A stretch of DNA of 64,000 nt from an uncultured Candidatus Actinomarinales bacterium. GTDB lineage: Bacteria > Actinomycetota > Acidimicrobiia > Actinomarinales > Actinomarinaceae. Below the pieces are notes generated by a model that had not been told where the DNA came from, did not search any database, and saw nothing but the letters and a program-made list of their open reading frames with translations. Position 1 is the stretch's first letter, and each line of letters starts with the position of its first letter. Location: positions 523,827 to 587,826 of the forward strand of contig CALSSQ010000001.1 in NCBI GenBank assembly GCA_943789065.1. The letters are read 5' to 3'. This document shows positions 39,034-47,894 of the stretch, one piece after another. The translations under genes were made by a program, and so were the position numbers.

Positions 39034-39384
39034 CTATTTAGTTTGTCTAGAAGTATCTTTATTTCTTATTACAGAATAAACCTGTTTAAAATTCCATTCG
39101 TTTATATTCTCTGCTTTGAGCAATGCTTTGGTGTTTCTAACGAAGACATATCCAGATACTGCCATCAATGCAAAGCCAACCATAGCAATAATCGGTTGTA
39201 CGATGTAGCTTCCTAGCATTGTAAGTAATCCTAAAACAAATGTGCCAAAAGAAATAACAGATCTAGTTCTTGAAAAACTAGAAAGAGTTGATGTCTCTAC
39301 TGTCTTAGCTAAATCCGGATCTTCTTTTGAAAGCTCCAGTTCAATCTGTTTTAATATTTCTTCTTCTTTTTTGTTTAATGCCAT
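39034..39384 (-). CDS. DUF3040 domain membrane protein
   Basis: MALNKKEEEILKQIELELSKEDPDLA followed by two TMs; usual neighbour upstream of actinobacterial mraZ. Confidence 0.85.
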   Translation of the reverse strand: MALNKKEEEILKQIELELSKEDPDLAKTVETSTLSSFSRTRSVISFGTFVLGLLTMLGSYIVQPIIAMVGFALMAVSGYVFVRNTKALLKAENINEWNFKQVYSVIRNKDTSRQTK

Positions 39385-39422
39385 GTTTAGATTTTAATAT
39401 AAATTGAAACTACCCTGTAATT

Positions 39423-39971
39423 ATGAGCAATTTATTTTTAAGACATGGCGAGGTTCATAATGTTAAAAATATTATGTATGGCGATATTCCGGGATACCGA
39501 TTAAGTCTAAATGGAATCGAACAAGCGAGGAATGCTGGAAAATTTATCAACGAAAACTTTAAAATAGATAAAATTATCACCTCCCCTATTTTAAGAGCAA
39601 GGGAAACTTCAAAACTTGTCTCTGAATTTTTAAAAGTTAGAATTGATATTTCTTATAATCTTTACGAATGGAGTGGAGTAACGGGTTGGTTGGGTACAAC
39701 TTTTGATGAATTCTCTAAAACTAAGGACTACCCGAAATACTTAAATAATCCGCTTGAGGTTGAAAATACAACTGAAGATTTACAGATTGTTTTCGAAAGA
39801 GTTAATGTTGTTTTTGAAAACTTCAATAACACATTATTTGTTTCTCATCAAGATACGATCAGAGCTTTTACGTACTACAAAACTAAATCTAGTGTTTTCA
39901 ATGAAAATAAACCCATGCATTGTGGAATACAAGAAATTAAAAATGGTGAACTATTAACTCATAATTATTGA
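39423..39971 (+). CDS. Histidine phosphatase family protein
   Basis: LRHGE, SPILRARET, LYEW, VSHQDTIR. Confidence 0.9.
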   Translation: MSNLFLRHGEVHNVKNIMYGDIPGYRLSLNGIEQARNAGKFINENFKIDKIITSPILRARETSKLVSEFLKVRIDISYNLYEWSGVTGWLGTTFDEFSKTKDYPKYLNNPLEVENTTEDLQIVFERVNVVFENFNNTLFVSHQDTIRAFTYYKTKSSVFNENKPMHCGIQEIKNGELLTHNY

Positions 39972-40189
39972 GACATCGTCAGAAGATAGTACAACAAAGT
40001 TAACGCTCCACCAAAAAACAATGAGAAACTAGAAATTCCAACCACAGGTTCAAGAAATTTAAAGAACTTAGATCTAAATATTTCTAAGTAGTTTTCAACT
40101 ACAAACCTACTAAAAATAAATGCACCAAAACCCGCAACTATAAAATAAACAAAGCTCAATAATGTGATCCAAGGATTAACAATAACCAT
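39965..40189 (-). CDS. Small hypothetical membrane protein
   Basis: 74-aa ORF with two hydrophobic segments filling an otherwise empty gap. Confidence 0.6.
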   Translation of the reverse strand: MVIVNPWITLLSFVYFIVAGFGAFIFSRFVVENYLEIFRSKFFKFLEPVVGISSFSLFFGGALTLLYYLLTMSQ

Positions 40190-40212
40190 ATTAAGCTAAA
40201 CTTAATATCCTT

Positions 40213-40443
40213 ATGAAATTTAGCAACAGATCTAAAATAATTGTTTATCTTCTGACAACCTTTTTAGCTAGCTATATCGGCTACGTTTTAGGTAATGCCT
40301 TTTGTGCATCTGATTGTTTAACAGATATTTTATTAAATGTATTAATTTCAAATTCTGTTGCACTAGGTGGAGTTTTCGTTTTAGTTAATTTATCTGAAAA
40401 ATCAATAACTGAATGGAATCAGATGTCAATGGAAGAAGAATAG
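40213..40443 (+). CDS. Small hypothetical membrane protein
   Basis: 76 aa, two TMs around an FCASDC loop, charged tail. Confidence 0.65.
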   Translation: MKFSNRSKIIVYLLTTFLASYIGYVLGNAFCASDCLTDILLNVLISNSVALGGVFVLVNLSEKSITEWNQMSMEEE

Positions 40444-41444
40444 TTAATAGCTTCAACTATAGAATCTACTTCATTAATCCTGACGTCTTTATGGAAAACT
40501 AATCTAATAATATCTTTTTTGATAAATCCAGAAATTATATTATTTTCTTCCAGTTTTTTTCTGAATATTTCAGCACTATCAGGTGTGTCAAATGAAAAAA
40601 ATAACATATTAGTTCCTTTATAGGTGGCAGTATGAAAAGACCTATTATCTTTTTCAATTGAATTGTTTACATCAGATGCTTTCTTATGGTCTTCGAGAAG
40701 ATGATCTCTATTCTCTATTGCATATTGTGCCGCAGAAGCAATAATACCTACTTGCCTCATCCCCCCTCCTAGTTTTTTTCTATACTCCCTAGCTTCATTA
40801 ATAAAATTTTTATCTCCCATAAGCATTGAGCCAATAGGCGCACCCAGTCCCTTTGAAAAACAAAAAGTTAAACTGTCGCAATATTTTCCATATTCTATAG
40901 ATTGAGGTTCCGTGAGTATCGCATGCCAAATTCTTGCACCATCCATGTGAAATTTCAATCCATTAGATTTAGAGATTTCAGATAAAGTTTTAATGTGTTC
41001 AAAAGGAAGTATGCTTCCACCTGAAGCAAGGTGAGTATTTTCTGAAGCCAAAACTTTTATTAGCGGCTTGTTAATTTTAGACTCCTTTATTGTTTCTGAC
41101 AGGCTGTCAAGGTCATAAACTCCACTAGTACTCTCAATGTCTCTAAATTGTGTTCTAGACAAGAAGGCTGCGGCACCATGCTCATAATTTTTAATATGTG
41201 AATCTTTTGTAGTTATCACTTCTTCACCGGGATTACTGTGAATTAATAAGGAGATTTGATTTCCCATTAAACCTGAAGTTACAAAAAGACCACTTTCGAA
41301 TCCCATTAGGTCAGAGCAGTACTCTTCAAGATTGTTTACAGTAGGATCCTCTTTATATTCATCATCTCCTAGTTCAGCCTCTAATACTTTTTGTAACATT
41401 TCTTTAGAAGGCTTTGTAACGGTGTCTGAGCGTAAATCAATCAT
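40419..41444 (-). CDS. ltaE: Low-specificity L-threonine aldolase
   Basis: MIDLRSDTVTKP, GDDEYKEDPTV, ENTH, HMDGAR, CFSKGLGAPIGS, GGGMRQ. Confidence 0.95.
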   Translation of the reverse strand: MIDLRSDTVTKPSKEMLQKVLEAELGDDEYKEDPTVNNLEEYCSDLMGFESGLFVTSGLMGNQISLLIHSNPGEEVITTKDSHIKNYEHGAAAFLSRTQFRDIESTSGVYDLDSLSETIKESKINKPLIKVLASENTHLASGGSILPFEHIKTLSEISKSNGLKFHMDGARIWHAILTEPQSIEYGKYCDSLTFCFSKGLGAPIGSMLMGDKNFINEAREYRKKLGGGMRQVGIIASAAQYAIENRDHLLEDHKKASDVNNSIEKDNRSFHTATYKGTNMLFFSFDTPDSAEIFRKKLEENNIISGFIKKDIIRLVFHKDVRINEVDSIVEAINYSSSIDI

Positions 41445-41446
41445 GG

Positions 41447-42622
41447 CTATATTTTATCATCAAAAAAAATTTGCATGTTTTTCATAGCTTGTCTAATCCT
41501 TTGTTTGTTTTCAACGAGGGCAATCCTAATAAAACCCTCCCCTTCACTTCCAAACCCAATTCCTGGCGATATTGCGACATTGGATGTTTTAAGAATTTCT
41601 AATGAAAAGTCCATTGATTTTTTTTCATAAAAATCTGGAATCTTTGCCCATACAAACATAGTTGCATCGGAAGCATATACACTGAAACCAAATGCTTCAA
41701 GATTTTCGACTACTAGTAGTCTTCTCTCTTTATATGTTTTAGAAACTTCTAACGGATAAGAGTCTAAATCATTAATTGCAACAGCAGACGCAATTTGAAT
41801 TGGTTGAAACGTTCCATAATCAATGTATGATTTTAATTTTGTTAAGCTTTGAATTGCTTCTTTATTACCCAGTGCAAACCCTACTCTCCATCCAGCCATA
41901 GAGTATCCCTTTGTTAGTGAATAAAGTTCAACAGAGTGTGAAAATTCCTTATCTGAATTGAGAAGTGATGGTGGTCTTTGTCCCTCAAAAAAAACATCAG
42001 AATAAGCAAAATCATTTACTATAAGAAAATCATGAGTTCGTGCTAAAAAAACTAGTCTGTCATAAAATTCTTGAGTAACAGTCAATGTTGTTGGATTATG
42101 AGGAAAAGATATTAAAACAACCTTAACTTTTTTGGTATTTAAAATTTCTGTCAAATCATTCAAAAACTGATCTACATCTAGACATTTTATCTTGATGGGA
42201 GTTCCTCCAGCTATTAAAGGAGCAAAGTGGTGTATTGGATAACTTGGATCAGGTATGACTATATTGTCCCCCTTATCTAATACAGACATAAGAAGATGGG
42301 TTAAACCTTCTTTACTTCCTATAGTGTTTACAATATTATCTTCTTCATGTAAATCAATGTCATAAATTCTTTTGTATCGGTTTTTCATTGCACTTCTCAG
42401 ACCAAGTATTCCTTTAGAGACTGAGTATTTATGATTTTTTTTATTTTGAGCGGATTCAATAAGTTTGTCTACAACTAAAGAATGGGTTGGGATATCAGGA
42501 TTTCCATAACCTAGATCTATGACATCTCTACCATTTTTTCTTGCTTCAAGCTTTTGTGTATTAATTTTATTAAATAGATATTCAGGAAAATCATTAATCA
42601 GATTATTTGAGAAATTTGTCAT
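41447..42622 (-). CDS. Class I/II PLP aminotransferase (AlaC/LL-DAP aminotransferase-like)
   Basis: DVIDLGYGNPD, GSKEGL, FPHNPT, DFAY, SLTKGYSMAGWRVG, SYIDYGTFQPIQ. Confidence 0.9.
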   Translation of the reverse strand: MTNFSNNLINDFPEYLFNKINTQKLEARKNGRDVIDLGYGNPDIPTHSLVVDKLIESAQNKKNHKYSVSKGILGLRSAMKNRYKRIYDIDLHEEDNIVNTIGSKEGLTHLLMSVLDKGDNIVIPDPSYPIHHFAPLIAGGTPIKIKCLDVDQFLNDLTEILNTKKVKVVLISFPHNPTTLTVTQEFYDRLVFLARTHDFLIVNDFAYSDVFFEGQRPPSLLNSDKEFSHSVELYSLTKGYSMAGWRVGFALGNKEAIQSLTKLKSYIDYGTFQPIQIASAVAINDLDSYPLEVSKTYKERRLLVVENLEAFGFSVYASDATMFVWAKIPDFYEKKSMDFSLEILKTSNVAISPGIGFGSEGEGFIRIALVENKQRIRQAMKNMQIFFDDKI

Positions 42623-43302
42623 AAAAGAATCATATCTATCTGTGAATAAAAATTCTTTATATTGGAATCTTTTAGTACCAATATTTGCTCAAAAATAGTA
42701 AATGGGTTCTCATTAATTTTTTGGATATTTTGACAATGACTTAATCTTCCCAGAGTTGGCTTATTCTTATCAATATTTTCATAGATTGAAATTAATTTTT
42801 TTTCATCCCCAAACCATTGATTTACACCTACTGAATACTTTTTGATAAGATCTATCTTTTTTTGCGAAGTACCTCCAATAAATAAATTATTTCCATCTAT
42901 TGAGAACGTATACTTATTTATTAGGTCATTAATTATGTAATCTAGGTTATTAGAGTACTTAATTCTATTTTTTTCATACCTATTATCCCCTGTGCCCAGT
43001 CCAAGTCTAAAGTTTTTAATTTCTAGCATGGGGTTAATGTATTCAGAAAAAAGCGCGTCAATCTTTCGTACATTTATATTCAAAACACATACCCCCAAAT
43101 TGAATGAATAATTAGTATTCTCATGAATCACTGAAAGCCCTTTTTTAATGTTGTACATAGATTTTTTTTCATCCGAGGGATTAATAGAGTGATCAAAAAG
43201 GTATATGTTTTTAATATTTTTTTTTGCCAAATAATCAAGTTTATTATTAAAACCATCTTCGAAAAAACTACCTGGTAGTAGTACTGAAATTTCTTTACTC
43301 AT
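42619..43302 (-). CDS. Divergent luciferase-like monooxygenase (LLM) fold protein
   Basis: Remnant LLM motifs IYLFDH, LGVCVLN..R, FRLGLGTG, LFIGGTS; translationally coupled on both sides. Confidence 0.6.
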   Translation of the reverse strand: MSKEISVLLPGSFFEDGFNNKLDYLAKKNIKNIYLFDHSINPSDEKKSMYNIKKGLSVIHENTNYSFNLGVCVLNINVRKIDALFSEYINPMLEIKNFRLGLGTGDNRYEKNRIKYSNNLDYIINDLINKYTFSIDGNNLFIGGTSQKKIDLIKKYSVGVNQWFGDEKKLISIYENIDKNKPTLGRLSHCQNIQKINENPFTIFEQILVLKDSNIKNFYSQIDMILL

Positions 43303-44203
43303 GCTGGGCTAAAAGAGCAGCTCCAATTATTCCTGAGTCAGATTGAAAATTACTTATTTTTATATCTGGAAAAACTCTTCCTTTAAATTCAAAATTATTA
43401 TGAATATTTTGTTGTATTAAATTCACTAAATCGTATGCTTCTTCTGACATTGATCCACCAAGTATGAACAATTCATTATTAAATATTTCGAATATTGAGA
43501 CCAAGCCTCTTGAAATATATTTTATGATCCTATCTCTTGCTAATATTTGAACCGAGGTTAATCTAACTTTTTCGTCAAATAAAATAGATCCTACTTTTCT
43601 CTGCTGGAACAAAATTGCTAATTCTGAATCTGGTTCTTTGAGTGACAGCTCATTACAAACTTCAGTCCATTTCTTAGCAGAAACAATTGCCTCTAAACAC
43701 CCGTTTTTCCCACAGTTACAAATAATTTCAATATTATCAGAGATTAACATATGACCCAGCTCACCAGCATTGCTGTTTCCTCTTAAAAGCTTTCCATCAT
43801 TTATAATGCCTCCACCAATACCAGTTCCAAAAGTAAGCATTATTAAATTTGTTTTCTTATCTCTATAATTCAAATGATATTCTGCATATGCTGCGACATT
43901 TCCATCGTTATCAATTAAAAAATTTGAATGACTGAAGTTATTTATTTTTTTAAAATCGATTTTGTATTTTATATTTGTTCCATAAAGGTACATTGCATTT
44001 TGTTTATCTATGAAACCCGGCATTGCAACTGAAATTTTATCGAATTTCATCTTATTTTTAGAAATAATTGAATTAATTATTTCTAAAAAGCTGTCTTCAT
44101 TGCTAGGTGTATTGATGCTATCTTTAAATTTAATTTCCGAATGTTCATTGACGATCCCATATTTAATTGATGTTCCACCAACGTCAAATGACAAGATATT
44201 CAT
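43295..44203 (-). CDS. ROK family sugar kinase (glucokinase-like)
   Basis: DVGGT, DNDGNVAAYAE, TFGTGIGGG, GELGH, CNCGKNGCLE. Confidence 0.92.
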   Translation of the reverse strand: MNILSFDVGGTSIKYGIVNEHSEIKFKDSINTPSNEDSFLEIINSIISKNKMKFDKISVAMPGFIDKQNAMYLYGTNIKYKIDFKKINNFSHSNFLIDNDGNVAAYAEYHLNYRDKKTNLIMLTFGTGIGGGIINDGKLLRGNSNAGELGHMLISDNIEIICNCGKNGCLEAIVSAKKWTEVCNELSLKEPDSELAILFQQRKVGSILFDEKVRLTSVQILARDRIIKYISRGLVSIFEIFNNELFILGGSMSEEAYDLVNLIQQNIHNNFEFKGRVFPDIKISNFQSDSGIIGAALLAQHE

Positions 44204-44970
44204 ACTATCAAAGATGATAATTCTAAATAGTTGCTATTTGCACGGAAATAACCAACATTTAAGCATTCTGTATGTCCCAATCGCCATTTAGATGCTTGTG
44301 GTTGGTGAACATCGCCAAATATAGAATATTTTGGTTTTGTGTCTAATATATAATTTCTTAAACTTTCCCAGCCCTGCTCTTTTTTATTAGTTATTATATC
44401 TGTGATTAACTCTTTTACGTATGGTGGAGCATGAGTGCAAATTATGTCTACTTCTCCTAGTTGTTTTAGCTTTGAAGAAAATAATTCTTCAGAAATTTCA
44501 CCGCGTGCTTTAATTGGAGTAGGAACTCCTCCTCCTGCAAAGCCTATTTTGAAATTCTTATAGTTGATGACTTCTCCATCTACATATTTGACGTTACTAG
44601 TCATAGTTTCTTTCATAATTTTTTCCGAGTCAACATTCCCTGGAATTATTAATATTTCATATTTGAGTAATACCTTAAAAACTTCTTGGTATTGTTTATA
44701 AATTGCCTCTTCTAATCTTAGTTGTACACCTTCTTTGTCTCTCTCAAACATTGAAGACCAGAGTTTTTTTCTTTCTTTAAAGTTATGATCTTTTCTTAAC
44801 TGAATAAGTTGACCAACAATATCTTTCCCGAAAACATCTTGAGCAATACCCTCACCATTCCTATAGTCAATCCAGTTGATTAAATCACCCAATATAACAA
44901 CGGGTTCATTTAGCTTTGGAAGATTTTTTAGAGAATCTAATCCATGGTGAACGTCAGAGATGAATAGCAT
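44200..44970 (-). CDS. Calcineurin-like metallophosphoesterase
   Basis: SDVH, LGDL, PGNVD, THAPP, GDVHQP. Confidence 0.88.
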   Translation of the reverse strand: MLFISDVHHGLDSLKNLPKLNEPVVILGDLINWIDYRNGEGIAQDVFGKDIVGQLIQLRKDHNFKERKKLWSSMFERDKEGVQLRLEEAIYKQYQEVFKVLLKYEILIIPGNVDSEKIMKETMTSNVKYVDGEVINYKNFKIGFAGGGVPTPIKARGEISEELFSSKLKQLGEVDIICTHAPPYVKELITDIITNKKEQGWESLRNYILDTKPKYSIFGDVHQPQASKWRLGHTECLNVGYFRANSNYLELSSLIV

Positions 44971-44974
44971 TCAG

Positions 44975-46636
44975 TTAACCTGTCACAGCACCTTTATCTG
45001 CCCCATGTACCAGCTTTGAATACTTGTTTAAAACACCTGATGTGTACCTTGGCGTAGGTGGAGTGTATTTACTTCTTCTAATTTTTATTTCTTCATCATC
45101 GATATTTATATTTAATTCCCTTTTAGCTAAGTTAAGTTCGATCTCATCACCATTCTCACAAATTGAGATTGGTCCACCTTCAACACTTTCTGGAGTTACA
45201 TGTCCAATGCATAATCCAGTAGTTCCCCCAGAAAATCTTCCATCCGTAATTAGCAGCACATCTTTTCCAAGACCTGCACCTTTTATTGCTGCAGTAATTT
45301 GTAACATTTCTCTCATTCCAGGACCTCCTTTGGGCCCTTCATTCCTGATTACAACTACTTCACCTTTTTTAATAAGATTATTGAATAGTGCTTCTAAAGC
45401 TTCCTGCTCACTATCAAAAACATTGGCAGGTCCCTTGAAAGTATCAATTTCAATCCCAGCTACTTTAACAACAGAGCCATTTGGAGATAAGCTTCCATTT
45501 AATATAGCTATACCTCCTTCTTTTGAAATTGGATTATCTGGAAAAGAAACTACATCTTGATTTTTAGGTATCTCAATATTTTCAAGATTTTCTCCAACTG
45601 TATTTCCCGTTACAGTAAGACAGTTGCCATCAATAAGATCATTTTCTAAAAGGATCTTGGAGACCACAGGAACTCCACCAATATTATCTAAATCAACCAT
45701 GTGATACTTACCAAATGGTTTCATATCTGCAATGTGTGGAACAGTTCTTCCAAGCTGATCAAAGGTACCTAATGTTAGGTCAACCTTTGCTTCATGCGCA
45801 ATAGCCATTAGATGCAATACAGCATTAGTACTGCCTCCAAGTGCCAGAACAGTTGTTACTGCATTCTTAAATGCATTCAAAGTCATAATATCTCTTGGCT
45901 TAATATCATTTTTGAGAAGATAGTTTAACTGCTTACCTGTCTTTTCAGCTTCGATACGTAAACGTGCATCTTCTGCTGGAAGTGATGCTGTGCCGGGTAA
46001 ACTCATTCCGATAGCTTCACCCACTGATGCCATTGTGTTCGCAGTAAACATGCCTGCACAAGAACCTTGACCAGGACAAGCTGCACACTCAATTTCATAC
46101 AATTCGTCTTCAGTTATTAGACCCTTTTCCATAGCTCCTATGCCCTCAAATACATCTACAATTGAGATATCTTTACCTTTATAAGAACCAGGGAGACTAC
46201 TTCCGCCATATAAAAATATTGCTGGTCTATTTATTCTTGCAGCAGCCATTAGCATCCCTGGAAGAGATTTATCACAGCCCGCAATAGTAACCATGCCATC
46301 AAATCTTTCAGCATGCATTACTAATTCCACAGAATCAGTAATAACCTCACGAGATACGAGTGAGGCCCTCATACCTTCATGTCCCATTGAAATACCGTCA
46401 GAAACTGCGATTGTTGAAAAAATTAAACCTGCAGATTCCGGCCCATTAACTCCAATTTTTGCTTTCAAAGAAAGCTCTGGACCTGTTACATTGCATGGGG
46501 TTACCTCATTACCAGCAGAAACTATCCCGACCTGAAATTTATTAAAATCATCATCATTTAAACCTACCGCCCTTAGCATGGCTCTTGCGGCAGATCGTCC
46601 CGGACCTTGTGTTACGTCATCTGAAAATTTTGTCAT
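44975..46636 (-). CDS. ilvD: Dihydroxy-acid dehydratase
   Basis: [48 protein letters not shown]. Confidence 0.97.
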   Translation of the reverse strand: MTKFSDDVTQGPGRSAARAMLRAVGLNDDDFNKFQVGIVSAGNEVTPCNVTGPELSLKAKIGVNGPESAGLIFSTIAVSDGISMGHEGMRASLVSREVITDSVELVMHAERFDGMVTIAGCDKSLPGMLMAAARINRPAIFLYGGSSLPGSYKGKDISIVDVFEGIGAMEKGLITEDELYEIECAACPGQGSCAGMFTANTMASVGEAIGMSLPGTASLPAEDARLRIEAEKTGKQLNYLLKNDIKPRDIMTLNAFKNAVTTVLALGGSTNAVLHLMAIAHEAKVDLTLGTFDQLGRTVPHIADMKPFGKYHMVDLDNIGGVPVVSKILLENDLIDGNCLTVTGNTVGENLENIEIPKNQDVVSFPDNPISKEGGIAILNGSLSPNGSVVKVAGIEIDTFKGPANVFDSEQEALEALFNNLIKKGEVVVIRNEGPKGGPGMREMLQITAAIKGAGLGKDVLLITDGRFSGGTTGLCIGHVTPESVEGGPISICENGDEIELNLAKRELNINIDDEEIKIRRSKYTPPTPRYTSGVLNKYSKLVHGADKGAVTG

Positions 46637-46667
46637 AAATTAAGAATAGTTTAACTGTTGTATAAAA

Positions 46668-47753
46668 TCATTTTATAAGCCTTAGATATTCGTTCTTTAC
46701 AAGGTCGCTTGGTTCAAGATCAACATCATAATAATTTTCAATATCTTTAAATTGAGATATTTTCCAGATAGCCCATATTGCGTAAAAGCGAATAATTTCA
46801 GAATCAGATTTTAAGAGAGTGTAAATTATTTTAAGTGCATCTTCATCTGGATTATTTGCAAGTGCTATTAATGCATTCCTTTTAAGAAAGTCGCCATTTC
46901 TTTTTGGGATATAAAACCATGAATATTTATCAACCAAATCTTCATTTGACATGGTTAGAATTTTTTTTAAATCGACTGTATTCGTTTCCGAGATGTCAAA
47001 CTCCTTGGTCTGCCCTGGTGGGCATGAAATTAGGCATTCGTCACAGCCATAAAATCTATTACCTATATTTATTCTCATATCTTCTGGAATAATATCTGGA
47101 GATTGTAACCAATATGACAAACACTTATTAGAGTCAAGTCTATATTCCTCATCTAACGCTCCCGTTGGACATGAGATTTGACACATATTGCAGCTTCCAC
47201 ATGAGAATGATTTTTCTTCTGTACTTAGAAATTGTTCCTCAGTGTAAAGATTGCCAATTAACTGCCACGGACCTATTCCCGGTGATAACATCATTGTACT
47301 TTTTCCCTGCCATCCTAGTCCCGATGAGTTAAAAAACATTCTGTCGTAGTGTTGTGGACTATCAATAAATTGTTGTGATTGAATCCCTTCATTATTAAAC
47401 AGATTTGAAAGTTCATTTATAAACTTATTTAGTGGTTTGTAATGATCTTCTAAAGCAAATAAAGCTATAGCTCCATCACCAGCTCTAAAAGAGTGATTAT
47501 TTGATGATCTTGGAAAGTAGTTATATGAAATTATTATACAAGATTTTGCCCATCCAAATTTATCACCAAGTCCAGAATACTTAGGATTTGAGAATGTAAA
47601 TTTCATGTTTGCATGTCTGTTATTAGATTTTGCTTCTTGGATTAAAACTGATTTATCTATTAATGAAGGGAGTGAAATTACAGCTAGATTTATATTTTCT
47701 GGAACGTCTATATTATGACTTTCGAGATAATTAAATAGGTTTTTTTCTTTCAT
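46668..47753 (-). CDS. queG: Epoxyqueuosine reductase
   Basis: DHY, GLGWQGK, CGSCNMCQISCPTGA, KCLSY, YGCDECLISCP, HEAT-like C-terminus. Confidence 0.85.
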   Translation of the reverse strand: MKEKNLFNYLESHNIDVPENINLAVISLPSLIDKSVLIQEAKSNNRHANMKFTFSNPKYSGLGDKFGWAKSCIIISYNYFPRSSNNHSFRAGDGAIALFALEDHYKPLNKFINELSNLFNNEGIQSQQFIDSPQHYDRMFFNSSGLGWQGKSTMMLSPGIGPWQLIGNLYTEEQFLSTEEKSFSCGSCNMCQISCPTGALDEEYRLDSNKCLSYWLQSPDIIPEDMRINIGNRFYGCDECLISCPPGQTKEFDISETNTVDLKKILTMSNEDLVDKYSWFYIPKRNGDFLKRNALIALANNPDEDALKIIYTLLKSDSEIIRFYAIWAIWKISQFKDIENYYDVDLEPSDLVKNEYLRLIK

Positions 47754-47783
47754 TTTTATCAGGTTTAACTATAGTTAGATTTA

Positions 47784-47834
47784 ATGAAAAAACTATATGT
47801 CTTAATTACATTATTAGTGCTAGTGCTTATGTAG
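47784..47834 (+). CDS. ilv/leu operon leader peptide (MKKLYVLITLLVLVLM)
   Basis: 16-codon ORF with 6 Leu, 3 Val and 1 Ile codons, immediately upstream of hairpins and a terminator, 60 nt before ilvB. Confidence 0.85.
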   Translation: MKKLYVLITLLVLVLM

Positions 47835-47857
47835 CGCTCACTTTTTTGTGATGAGCG

Positions 47858-47885
47858 CCTCCCAAAAAAAGGGAGGTTTTTTTTT
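47858..47885 (+). terminator. Attenuator terminator upstream of ilvB
   Basis: CCTCCC-AAAAAAA-GGGAGG followed by T9; preceded by the hairpin GCGCTCA(47834-47840)/TGAGCGC(47852-47858). Confidence 0.85.
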
Positions 47886-47894
47886 AAGGATGTT

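Noticed and set aside
45024..45560. 178-aa ORF antisense to ilvD (also 14492..14872, 15278..15586, 49573..49884, 62814..63134 and similar)
   Set aside because: Codon-register mirror images of conserved genes, Ser/Pro/Ile-rich, with no motifs or initiation signals.
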